From NCBI GenBank assembly GCA_048938025.1, contig JBHLMP010000009.1:17130-81129 (forward strand): a DNA stretch of 64,000 bases, in the 5' to 3' direction. Under the pieces are notes generated by a model, which was given only the letters and a program-made list of their open reading frames with translations, had not been told where the DNA came from and searched no databases. Position 1 is the stretch's first letter. Each line of letters opens with the position of its first letter. The position numbers were made by a program, and so were the translations under genes. Positions 29,126 to 38,536 of this stretch are shown here, in pieces. The stretch is from Promethearchaeota archaeon. GTDB taxonomy: Archaea > Asgardarchaeota > Lokiarchaeia > Sigyniarchaeales > SOKP01.

Positions 29126-30064
29126 ATGTCAATGACTGAAAATGAAAGAGAGCTTAAAAAAGAGGATTTACAACATTTATTGAAGGAAAAGCTGCAAAAT
29201 CTGAAAGAATTAGAACAAATTGCCAAAGATTCGAATTATATTAAGGAGTTAAGCGATATTGCTCTTATACAATTAGAATTAGGGATGTATAATGACTCTG
29301 AAAACAATTATTTAACTTGCCTAAAGCATTTTAAGAAACAGAAAGATAGATTTGGACAAGCTGCTACTTATGGAGTATTAGCTACTTTATCTTTTAAAAT
29401 AAACGATTATCTAAAATCAATAGAATTTTATGAAAAAGCTTATGAAATTTATAAGGAATTAAAACAAGTCCAAGAGCAGATTGCTTGTTTGAAAGGAATT
29501 GGAAATAATTTAATTAAGTTAAATAAATTGGAGGAAGCATGCGACATATTTTTAGATTGTAGCGCAATATGCTCCGATCATAATGATATTTACAATTTGT
29601 TAGATTGTTTAGGAAATTTAATTTTTATTCATGAAAAAAGTGAAGAATGGGATATCGTTTTCGAGCTATATAAAAAAACATTAAAGGCTTTTAAGGAACT
29701 TAAAGATAATCGTGGAATAATAACTTCATATTTTAATTTAGGAATTATTAGAAAAAAAGATAATAAACTAGAGGCACTAAGGTATTTCAAAAAAGGAACA
29801 AATGTTGCTATTGATAGCAATTATACTGAATTAATCATTAGAGGTTTAGGTTACGTAGGTGAAACATTATTCTATCTTGGAAAGATGAAAGAAGCTAAAA
29901 ACCAATATGTAAGAGCTTTACATTTAGCTGAGAAAATAAAGGCAAATAACGCTATTATTCAATTACGGATTCTGTTGCAATCAATTGGATTACAAGATAA
30001 AGACATCTTTGATGATTTAAAGAAATATAAAGAAAGTTGGAAAAAGAAGAATAATTTATCTTAG
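29126..30064 (+). CDS. Tetratricopeptide-repeat protein
   Basis: Repeated LG..Y...G...A..Y..AL helices. Confidence 0.85.
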   Translation: MSMTENERELKKEDLQHLLKEKLQNLKELEQIAKDSNYIKELSDIALIQLELGMYNDSENNYLTCLKHFKKQKDRFGQAATYGVLATLSFKINDYLKSIEFYEKAYEIYKELKQVQEQIACLKGIGNNLIKLNKLEEACDIFLDCSAICSDHNDIYNLLDCLGNLIFIHEKSEEWDIVFELYKKTLKAFKELKDNRGIITSYFNLGIIRKKDNKLEALRYFKKGTNVAIDSNYTELIIRGLGYVGETLFYLGKMKEAKNQYVRALHLAEKIKANNAIIQLRILLQSIGLQDKDIFDDLKKYKESWKKKNNLS

Positions 30065-30085
30065 ATGCTATTCAATTAAAATAAT

Positions 30086-30241
30086 CTATCCATGATGTTT
30101 TAACTTCTTATAATCATCTCTTGTAGCTTTCCTAAGTGAATTCTTATCATATTTTTCAAAGAATTCAGTTAAAGCATGAGTAAATTCTCCACAAGAGTCA
30201 CAAACAAACTGATATGTTTTTTTAAATAATTTACTATCCAT
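30086..30241 (-). CDS. Small 51-aa protein with one CxxC knuckle (not in ORF track)
   Basis: Manual translation MDSKLFKKTYQFVCDSCGEFTHALTEFFEKYDKNSLRKATRDDYKKLKHHG*; fills the intergenic gap. Confidence 0.55.
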   Translation of the reverse strand: MDSKLFKKTYQFVCDSCGEFTHALTEFFEKYDKNSLRKATRDDYKKLKHHG

Positions 30242-30319
30242 AATTTACCATTTTTTATTTATATTGTTTCTATCTGTAAAAAAATGATCCTTTACATTAT
30301 TAGTTAAATTACAAATGTT

Positions 30320-31036
30320 ATGATTCAAGCAATTACTTTTGATCTGTGGAATACTTTATTCACCAACAAATTTTATTCAGATATGCGAATATCTTTTTTC
30401 ACTAATTTTTTGGAAACAAGAGGAATTATTCATTCTTTTAAAATGGTAAAAGAAGCTTTTTCTTTAGCCTTTAATTTACCGCCAAGAAATTTAGAAAGGA
30501 TTAAATATCACCATATTTATACCATGACAAGAATTTCAAAAATGCTCGAAATTCTTGAAATCAAATTTTCTGAATCTGATAAGAATCTTATTAAACAAAA
30601 TTTTGAAGAAGTTATGTTAATAGATCCTCCACCATTAAAAACTGGCGTAAAACAAACATTAAAAAAACTATCTTCTAATTATAAACTTGGGCTTATTTCT
30701 AATACAGGAGTTACACCAGGTAGAATTATAAAGAAAGTTTTTGAAAACTATAAAATACTCCAATATTTTCACATCACACTTTTCTCTGATGAGACGGGAT
30801 TTTATAAACCTAGCCCTATAATGTTTGAAACAGCATTAAAGAACTTAAATTGTGAACCACAGAATGCAATCCATGTAGGAGATCTTTTAGAAACCGATAT
30901 TAAAGGAGCAAAAGAATATAATATGTTAACAATATGGATTAATGATTCATTTTCATCACGATCTATAAATATTCAACCTGATTTTGAAATACAACAAATC
31001 CCAGAACTAATTGAAATAATTGAGAGATTAAAATAG
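30320..31036 (+). CDS. HAD-superfamily hydrolase
   Basis: FDLWNTL, ISNT, KP, HVGD...DIKGA. Confidence 0.92.
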   Translation: MIQAITFDLWNTLFTNKFYSDMRISFFTNFLETRGIIHSFKMVKEAFSLAFNLPPRNLERIKYHHIYTMTRISKMLEILEIKFSESDKNLIKQNFEEVMLIDPPPLKTGVKQTLKKLSSNYKLGLISNTGVTPGRIIKKVFENYKILQYFHITLFSDETGFYKPSPIMFETALKNLNCEPQNAIHVGDLLETDIKGAKEYNMLTIWINDSFSSRSINIQPDFEIQQIPELIEIIERLK

Positions 31037-31192
31037 AATAAATAAAATTGTTTTTCAAGTTAGTGGTTTTAAATCAGTAAATATCATTAGATATAATTTC
31101 TTAAAATTAGAACTAAATAATTATAAATAAGGTAATTTTCATTTTAAATTAAAGAAATTTTGAAAAGTAATAATTATTTTTTTCGAATTTCT

Positions 31193-32644
31193 ATGAAAAC
31201 TTGCCCTTATTGTAAAAAGTACATTGAAGATCATTGGAAATATTGTTATAACTGTAATAAACCATTAATCACTAATATCGATGATGATTTAAGTAGAACT
31301 ATAAAACATTCTTATATTGAAGAGCCGCACTATAGCTCCAAATTAGAAGAATTAGAAGAGAATAATTTACAATATGATAATATCGTTATTAATAATGAGG
31401 AAATTGAGCGAAAAGTTAAAGAGATTGATGAAGCTTTAAAAGAGAAAGAAGCATTGGGAGATCCTATACCCGGCTCTTTATTATTGGAAAAATCTAGTCT
31501 ATATTATAAAAAAAGAGATCTACCTAGTGCTCTTAAGTATCTTGAATTAGCGTTAAAAAATTTCAAAGCGGAAGAGGATCTAGTCAATGAGGCGATTTGT
31601 CACAATGAAATAGGGATAATTCAAGAAGATTCAGGATATTTTGATCAAGCTATTTACCATTTTAATAGAGCTTTAGAAATTTTAAAAGAAGTAAATGATT
31701 TTCAAAAGTTAATCAAGGTTTTAAACAATTTAGGAAACATTTATCTCTTAATAAAAGATTTAGAAAATTCTCACAAATATTACCAGGAAGCGCTTAATCT
31801 TTCAGAACAAGAAGATCTCATCACTGAAGAAATAAAATCAGCTAGTAATTTAGTTGAAGTTCTTTTCATGTTAAAAGACGGAGGGAGGATTAAAAAAATC
31901 TTATCAAGAAATTCTGAGTTCTTTAAAGAGAGAGAAGATATCTATGGGATGATTCAAACACATATTAAATACGGGAAATTGTACTATAATCTAGAAGGAG
32001 ATTATGATCGAGCATTTCAAAGTTTAAATGATGCATTAGAATTAATAAATAGAATAAAAGATAACGGTTCAGTTTTTATTAAGGCAAAACTTGAGTGGGA
32101 ATGTTTTCTTTATCTTGGAAAATTACATCTTTTATGGGAAAACACTTTAGAAGCCGAAAGTTTATTATTAAAAAGTCTTGAAGCAATTAGAATTTTCGAA
32201 ATATCAGAGGATATTAAAGAAGGAATAGTTTTAGAAAATCTTGCTAATTTGTATGAATTTAAAGAGGAATATCTTAAATCAATTGAATATTATAATTATT
32301 CTATTGAAATTTATGAGAAATATGGTGATAAATCTAAGATTGCTGAATTAAAAACAGCTATTGCTCAATTATATTTAGATTTTCTTGACAATAATTCAGA
32401 AGCAATTAAACATTTTGAAAGTGCACTTGAGATTTTTGAAGCTTTAAAATATTTTAAGGAATGTGCTGATATTCTTCAGAAATTGGGAGATGTCGCCGTG
32501 GAAAGAGGAAAAATTGAGTCTGCTTTAATTAATTTTAAAAGAGCAAAAAATTATTATAAAGAACTCCAGGATGATTATAATGAGAAGAATGTAAATGAGA
32601 AAATAAATTCTATATCTGAACCAAAATTTAATTTAGATGATTAA
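31193..32644 (+). CDS. Zn-ribbon + TPR protein
   Basis: MKTCPYC...YCYNC N-terminus followed by multiple TPRs. Confidence 0.85.
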   Translation: MKTCPYCKKYIEDHWKYCYNCNKPLITNIDDDLSRTIKHSYIEEPHYSSKLEELEENNLQYDNIVINNEEIERKVKEIDEALKEKEALGDPIPGSLLLEKSSLYYKKRDLPSALKYLELALKNFKAEEDLVNEAICHNEIGIIQEDSGYFDQAIYHFNRALEILKEVNDFQKLIKVLNNLGNIYLLIKDLENSHKYYQEALNLSEQEDLITEEIKSASNLVEVLFMLKDGGRIKKILSRNSEFFKEREDIYGMIQTHIKYGKLYYNLEGDYDRAFQSLNDALELINRIKDNGSVFIKAKLEWECFLYLGKLHLLWENTLEAESLLLKSLEAIRIFEISEDIKEGIVLENLANLYEFKEEYLKSIEYYNYSIEIYEKYGDKSKIAELKTAIAQLYLDFLDNNSEAIKHFESALEIFEALKYFKECADILQKLGDVAVERGKIESALINFKRAKNYYKELQDDYNEKNVNEKINSISEPKFNLDD

Positions 32645-32649
32645 AGGAT

Positions 32650-33306
32650 TTATTCTAATTCTTTATCTAATGCAAAATCATTTCTTTTATAAACTTTAAC
32701 GCCATATTCTTCAAATCCCATTGAATTTATGAAAAATTGTGAAGCAGAATTCTTTTCATACACCTCGCAACGAAGCTCAGACACACCTTTTTCTTTGAAG
32801 TAATTCCATGCTTCAAGCCCAAGGACAGTTCCTAGTCCTTTTCTCTGATAGCGTATCTCTACTCCTAATCCGCAGATGATTCCATATTCCTTATTCGGAC
32901 CTTCTCGATCAAGGATAATAAAACCAGCATCATTACCGTAAACCCTTGCGATAAGAATTACGGTATCTTGATAGTTATAGATATCTTTTAAAGCCTCAAT
33001 AGTAATAGGTGAATATGGTTCGTTTGAAGTCAACCACGCTCTATTATATATATTTTTTATATTTTCTAGATCTTCTAATTTAGCTTCTCTGATCTTAGCA
33101 CGAAGCATATTTTGCTCAACTTTTTTTTTAATTTTAAGTTCAAAATCAGAGGTAATTTTTTCAATGGGTAACCTCATTTGGATGTACTTTAAACCAACAT
33201 TAATTAATTCATCCTCTATATCTTCTTTGCTTTTAGAAGATTTTTCATAAGTTAAGAAAAGGCTTCTAATTCTTTTCTTTTTTAAACTTAATTTTGATTC
33301 AGACAT
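32650..33306 (-). CDS. GNAT acetyltransferase
   Basis: GVEIRYQRKGLG, N.ASQFF..MGF. Confidence 0.85.
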   Translation of the reverse strand: MSESKLSLKKKRIRSLFLTYEKSSKSKEDIEDELINVGLKYIQMRLPIEKITSDFELKIKKKVEQNMLRAKIREAKLEDLENIKNIYNRAWLTSNEPYSPITIEALKDIYNYQDTVILIARVYGNDAGFIILDREGPNKEYGIICGLGVEIRYQRKGLGTVLGLEAWNYFKEKGVSELRCEVYEKNSASQFFINSMGFEEYGVKVYKRNDFALDKELE

Positions 33307-33369
33307 AATAATCTATTAAAAAAAGATAACATTTAATGAATGAGACTTAATCAAGACAAAAAAAGTTTA

Positions 33370-34056
33370 CTAACCATTATCATCAAAATCAAAATCTCCC
33401 TTCTTATATGCCTTAGTTCCATATTCTTCAAATCCTATCCATTTAATAAAGGAATAGGATGTTTTATTGTCTTTATAAACCTCACATTTAAGTTCTTTAA
33501 CATATTTATAATTTTCCTTAAGAAAATTCCATGCCGCCATCCCTAATATCGTACCAAGTCCTCTTCTTTGATAACGAGGCAATACTGCTAAAGCGGCAAT
33601 TACAGCACACTCTTTATATTCTCCTTCAAAATCAAGAATCACAAAAGCAGCATCTTTACCATATACTTTACCAATCAAAAACACTGTATCTGGGTCTTCA
33701 AAAATCTGTAATAAAGATGTTTTTGTTATTGGTCTAAAAGGAGTATTTGATGTTAACCAACTTTTATTATATAAATGCTTAATGCTGTCAAGATCACTAG
33801 TATTAGCCTCGCGTATGTTTGCATGCAAAATGTTGTGATTAATTTTGTACTTTAATTTATCTTCAAATTCTTCAGTGATTTTATTAACAGGAAGCCTCAT
33901 TTGAACATAAACCATGCCATCTCGATATAATTCCTCTGCTGTTTTATCTAATTCTTCTTTACGTTTTTTTTTCGCTTCTATAGAATGAAAAAATGCCCTA
34001 ATCCTTTTCTTTTTTAGATCTAATCTATTTTTGAAATCTAATTTCGATCCTGACAT
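33370..34056 (-). CDS. GNAT acetyltransferase, tandem paralog
   Basis: AVLPRYQRRGLG; shares KKKRIR, Y.QMRLP and WLTSN.P with the neighbour. Confidence 0.85.
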   Translation of the reverse strand: MSGSKLDFKNRLDLKKKRIRAFFHSIEAKKKRKEELDKTAEELYRDGMVYVQMRLPVNKITEEFEDKLKYKINHNILHANIREANTSDLDSIKHLYNKSWLTSNTPFRPITKTSLLQIFEDPDTVFLIGKVYGKDAAFVILDFEGEYKECAVIAALAVLPRYQRRGLGTILGMAAWNFLKENYKYVKELKCEVYKDNKTSYSFIKWIGFEEYGTKAYKKGDFDFDDNG

Positions 34057-34078
34057 GATTTAAGAAAAAAATTAAGAT

Positions 34079-35710
34079 TTAGGGTAAAAATACGATATTT
34101 TCTCGTATTTTTCTTTCAATTAAATCATTTATGAAAAGTTTATTCCTTAATTTAGAAATGCCTGTCTGAATTATTTTCTTAAGATTAAGATCTTTAATCA
34201 AATTTTTCTTTTCGCATGAAAATTCAAAGTTAGACCTAATAGCCATATCATCTTCAAGTCTTTTAGTTAATGTATTTTTTAAGCTGGTAAAAGCATCAGA
34301 GACGGGTTCATAAAGATTATTAGGATCACTTCGGATAAAACCTGGAAAAACGATATTCATATATTCTTCCATTTTACCTTCATCCTCGATAAACATGGCA
34401 TATATAGGCATATAAATCCATTGTATTGGCCTAGAAAACAATTCTGATTGATCATCAGTTAAAGACCATCCTACTAAAGCTTGAGTTTCATGCAAACAAT
34501 TATCTTGTTTAATTTGTATAATTTTTTTAATATTTTCAAAAGATTTCTCAATTTTATTTTTTAAAAACTCTAATTTAGATATATTTTCTTCTTTCTCGCT
34601 TTGAAATTCGGTTAATAATTTATTTCTATCTTTTAATTTGTTATCCAAAGACTCTTTAATACTTTCTAATTTACGATATGCTTCGTTATCTATTTGAATC
34701 GCTCGTTCTTTTAGCTCAATAAATTTTTGGTTTAAATTATCTAATGAATCTATAAATTTTTGACCTTCTTTATTTAAGTAAGAAAAATGATTTTCAAAAT
34801 GAGGTAAAAGATCCTTGAAAACTTTAGATTTTAAAGTATCTCCATGACTATAGAATTTATTATTTTTAAGTATTTCCTCCAAATGATGTTCTACAGTTTT
34901 AAATAGAGTTGAAATGCTTTCAATTACTTTCTTTTTCTCATTTACATTCCATTGATCAATTTTATCTTGTTCGAATTTTACTTGATCATTAATTTGAGTT
35001 GGGTCTATTGTCGATGTTGTTTTACTTATTTGACTAGAATAACGTAAATTAATATCCTTAAGTTGAACATTTAGGTCTATTAGCCATTTTTCAACCTCTT
35101 TTCCAATTAACTCAATTTGAGTTTTCCACCTTAATGAGTTACCTTTCATAGTATTTATTAGATCGCGATATTGCTCTGCAATATCTAAAGCGCTCTCTGT
35201 AGTAATACTAGTATCTAAAACCGTATATTCAGTAATAGGTTTATATTCTATAAAGGGAATTATTTTTATTAAAGCTTGAAGAAATTCTGGATTAATTAAA
35301 CCATTTATAATGAGCGTATGGTATTCAGATTCTTCAGTTTCTCCAATCTCTTCCGCTTCAATATCCTTATATGTTAATACTTCTATTATTTTATTCAATT
35401 GTTCTGTTTTCGTTCTATTATCAATATTTCTTAAAAGATGTCCTATTAATGGTTGGCGTGGTGGATTCGAGAACTTATCTTTCTTACTAAATAGTAATAA
35501 ACCATCTAAAATTATATGAGTACTAACAACACCTTGAACACATAATAATGGCCAGAGAAGTCTCGAAAAAGAAAGAATTTTTTCATTTTTGTTTAAATCT
35601 TTCGATAAAAGATAAAATGCAAGAGTTAATTCATCATTTTCTTGAATAGCTGGTTGATGAATATCTTCTCTAATAAAAAATGGTAATAAATATTGATTTC
35701 CGTGGATCAT
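34079..35710 (-). CDS. Hypothetical long coiled-coil protein
   Basis: Central heptad-rich region of roughly 230 aa flanked by globular N- and C-terminal segments. Confidence 0.7.
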   Translation of the reverse strand: MIHGNQYLLPFFIREDIHQPAIQENDELTLAFYLLSKDLNKNEKILSFSRLLWPLLCVQGVVSTHIILDGLLLFSKKDKFSNPPRQPLIGHLLRNIDNRTKTEQLNKIIEVLTYKDIEAEEIGETEESEYHTLIINGLINPEFLQALIKIIPFIEYKPITEYTVLDTSITTESALDIAEQYRDLINTMKGNSLRWKTQIELIGKEVEKWLIDLNVQLKDINLRYSSQISKTTSTIDPTQINDQVKFEQDKIDQWNVNEKKKVIESISTLFKTVEHHLEEILKNNKFYSHGDTLKSKVFKDLLPHFENHFSYLNKEGQKFIDSLDNLNQKFIELKERAIQIDNEAYRKLESIKESLDNKLKDRNKLLTEFQSEKEENISKLEFLKNKIEKSFENIKKIIQIKQDNCLHETQALVGWSLTDDQSELFSRPIQWIYMPIYAMFIEDEGKMEEYMNIVFPGFIRSDPNNLYEPVSDAFTSLKNTLTKRLEDDMAIRSNFEFSCEKKNLIKDLNLKKIIQTGISKLRNKLFINDLIERKIRENIVFLP

Positions 35711-35872
35711 TAAAAAAGCCTTCTAAAATAATCTAGTTATTCTTTATTTTATAATTTTAAATATATTTTAATTATAAAAGATTCAATTTTAAAACTTTGG
35801 TCTTTTTTTACATAAAAAAACAAAGTTGGAATGAATGAAAAAACTACAGTAATTGTAAGTTTTTAAACCTAT

Positions 35873-36736
35873 TTATTTAAGTTGTTCGTAATTATTAGCT
35901 ATAACCATTATTAATAAGGCTAATAGAATTATCAGGGGTGGCGTTATTGCTTGAAAATGGGGTAGATTAGCTATTTCAAGAGCTCCTTGTAATATTCTTC
36001 CAATGAAGTAGAGTAAAAATCCAATAGCATTTAGAGCATAAGATTTTCTTAAAACTCCAAAAGTTTTCCATGCTAAATATATAAATATAAATGGTATTAG
36101 AGCAACAAATATGGGTAAGAACACAAAATTAAGTAAAAATCTACCTATTGGATATTCCCAGCCAAAAATATCTACATTGATAGGGTAATCAGAACTTATC
36201 CCATAATCATCTACAAAATCTGGATCTATGAATAATCTATCTGATAATGTCAATGCTAGGATGCCTATGATAACAGGAATTACAATTAAACACCCTCTAA
36301 TAATATATTTAATATTATTTTTATTTCTAAACCAATCTTTAATGGTTCCAGAAGATTTTTCTTCAATTTGCGTATCAGGTGGAAATAATAATATTCCAAG
36401 TATTCCTACTGCACAAGCAATACCCATCCAAGTGAAAAATGTCGCAAGTCTATAATTTAACATTAAAAATTCTATCAGTTCATCAATACTAATTGATCCT
36501 TCAAGTTCTGGAGCATAATAATAATAAACAATGAAGAACACCCTTCCAATACCTAAACATAAAAATAAAAGGCTAAAAAACAACCAATACAATTTTTTTG
36601 AAGTTCGAAATCTTATTAATGTGAAGTAAAAGAATAGAAGGAAGAAATAACCAACAATTATCCCATAAAGAAGCATCTCTATAGATGACCAGAAGGTAAT
36701 TTTTGTGAAATAATCTTGCAAGATCATAATCATCAA
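35873..36736 (-). CDS. 7-TM integral membrane protein
   Basis: Seven hydrophobic helices counted; no soluble output domain. Confidence 0.72.
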   Translation of the reverse strand: MMIMILQDYFTKITFWSSIEMLLYGIIVGYFFLLFFYFTLIRFRTSKKLYWLFFSLLFLCLGIGRVFFIVYYYYAPELEGSISIDELIEFLMLNYRLATFFTWMGIACAVGILGILLFPPDTQIEEKSSGTIKDWFRNKNNIKYIIRGCLIVIPVIIGILALTLSDRLFIDPDFVDDYGISSDYPINVDIFGWEYPIGRFLLNFVFLPIFVALIPFIFIYLAWKTFGVLRKSYALNAIGFLLYFIGRILQGALEIANLPHFQAITPPLIILLALLIMVIANNYEQLK

Positions 36737-36884
36737 TCTATTATTTTATAATCTAATTAAATTTGATATTATAACTTAAAATTATATTAATACTATCTTT
36801 TAATTATATAAAAATTTATATTATAAATTTGAATTTAAGGAATTCTTAAAATACAAATATTATCAAAGATTTTTTAAATCAACT

Positions 36885-38378
36885 ATGAAAATAAAAGACA
36901 GCGTTGAGACATTTAATTCATTGATTAAGCGGCGTGGCTTTATATGGGGCCCTTCACCAGAGATTTATGGTGGATTAGCTGGTTTTTATTCATATGGACC
37001 AGCCGGAATGGAATTTAAAAACAATATTCTCTCTCTATTTAGGAAAGAATTGCGATATTTTGGATTTGGAGAGGTTGAGTGCCCCACTATTATGCCAAGT
37101 ATAGTTTGGGAAGCCTCAGGTCATCTGGAGAGATTTATTGATCCTGTTATAAGGTGTTCTAAATGTAACACTTTATATAGAGTGGATAAATTCCTTCAAG
37201 AAGTGCTGCCAGATCTAATGGTTGATGGATTATCCAATGAAGAAATGGAAAAATTAATAGAGCAATATAATCTTACGTGCCCAAAATGTGGAACACCATT
37301 TGATAAAATAGAAAAGTATAATTTAATGTTGAAGACCCAAGTAGGAAATAATATAGATGCATATTTACGTCCAGAAACAGCAACTACCACATATTTATTA
37401 TTTAATCGTTTAGATCAAGATGCACGACGACAATATCCTATAAAAGTCTATCAATTTGGTAAGGTTTATCGAAACGAGATATCTCCGAGGCAAGGAGTCC
37501 TTCGAATGAGAGCTTTTGATCAGTTTGAACTTCAGTTGTTCATAAGCAAACAACAAGAAATGGATTTTGAAGATTATGAGGAAATTAAAACCAATAAACT
37601 TCCGCTATTGGATTGGACACTTCAAGAAAAAAACACTGATAAACCACAATTAATTTCTCTTGAGAATGCTATTAAAAAAGGCCTTCTCAAAAAACCTGCT
37701 TATGCATATTGTCTTTATATAAGCTATTATTTAATTAAAATTTTAGGCATTCCAGAACAATTAATTAGATTTAGACAACATTCTATTAATGAGAGAGCTC
37801 ACTATGCTGATGATGCTTGGGATTTAGAAATTGAAACAAAACAATTTGGGTGGGTTGAGATATGTGGAGTACATGATAGAACTGATTATGATTTAAGAAG
37901 GCATTCTGAATTTTCGAAACAAAATTTTGAAGTAAGTATGGGATCTGATCCTAAAATTAAAGAAATTCCACAAATCCTTGAAATTGCATTTGGAATCGAT
38001 AGAATCATATACACTCTACTTGAAAACGCTTTTAATGTAGAAGAAGGCAGAATTGTATTAAAATTAGATCCACAATTAGCACCAAATACCGTAGCGGTAT
38101 TTCCTCTTGTAAGAAATAAGGAGGATATAAGAAATTTAGCTATTAAAATCCATAGAGATTTATTAGAAAATCGTTTAGGTTCGTTCTACGATTCTGCAGG
38201 TTCTATTGGTAAAAGATATAGAAGACAAGATGAGTTGGGTACTCCATTTTGTATTACAATTGATTATGAATCCTTAGAAGATAACTCTATTACTATTAGA
38301 GAAAGAGATACAATGGAACAAGAAAGAGTGAATATTTCAAAAATTTCTAAAGCAATTAAATTAAGATTGAAAATATGA
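36885..38378 (+). CDS. glyS: Glycine--tRNA ligase (archaeal/eukaryotic homodimeric type)
   Basis: RRGF, YLRPETA, GKVYRNEISPR, AHYA, EIAFGIDR, IGKRYRRQDELGTP anticodon-binding domain. Confidence 0.96.
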   Translation: MKIKDSVETFNSLIKRRGFIWGPSPEIYGGLAGFYSYGPAGMEFKNNILSLFRKELRYFGFGEVECPTIMPSIVWEASGHLERFIDPVIRCSKCNTLYRVDKFLQEVLPDLMVDGLSNEEMEKLIEQYNLTCPKCGTPFDKIEKYNLMLKTQVGNNIDAYLRPETATTTYLLFNRLDQDARRQYPIKVYQFGKVYRNEISPRQGVLRMRAFDQFELQLFISKQQEMDFEDYEEIKTNKLPLLDWTLQEKNTDKPQLISLENAIKKGLLKKPAYAYCLYISYYLIKILGIPEQLIRFRQHSINERAHYADDAWDLEIETKQFGWVEICGVHDRTDYDLRRHSEFSKQNFEVSMGSDPKIKEIPQILEIAFGIDRIIYTLLENAFNVEEGRIVLKLDPQLAPNTVAVFPLVRNKEDIRNLAIKIHRDLLENRLGSFYDSAGSIGKRYRRQDELGTPFCITIDYESLEDNSITIRERDTMEQERVNISKISKAIKLRLKI

Positions 38379-38536
38379 AATATTAACCTTGTTAATAAAT
38401 ATTCTATTTTTGCGTAATATTTGGATCTTTTTATTATGTTCCAAAAAAATTTTAAAGAGAAGGATTTTTTAAAAATATAATTCAAATATAAATCTTTAGT
38501 TTGACAATTTATTATAAAAATTGAATACAAATTACA

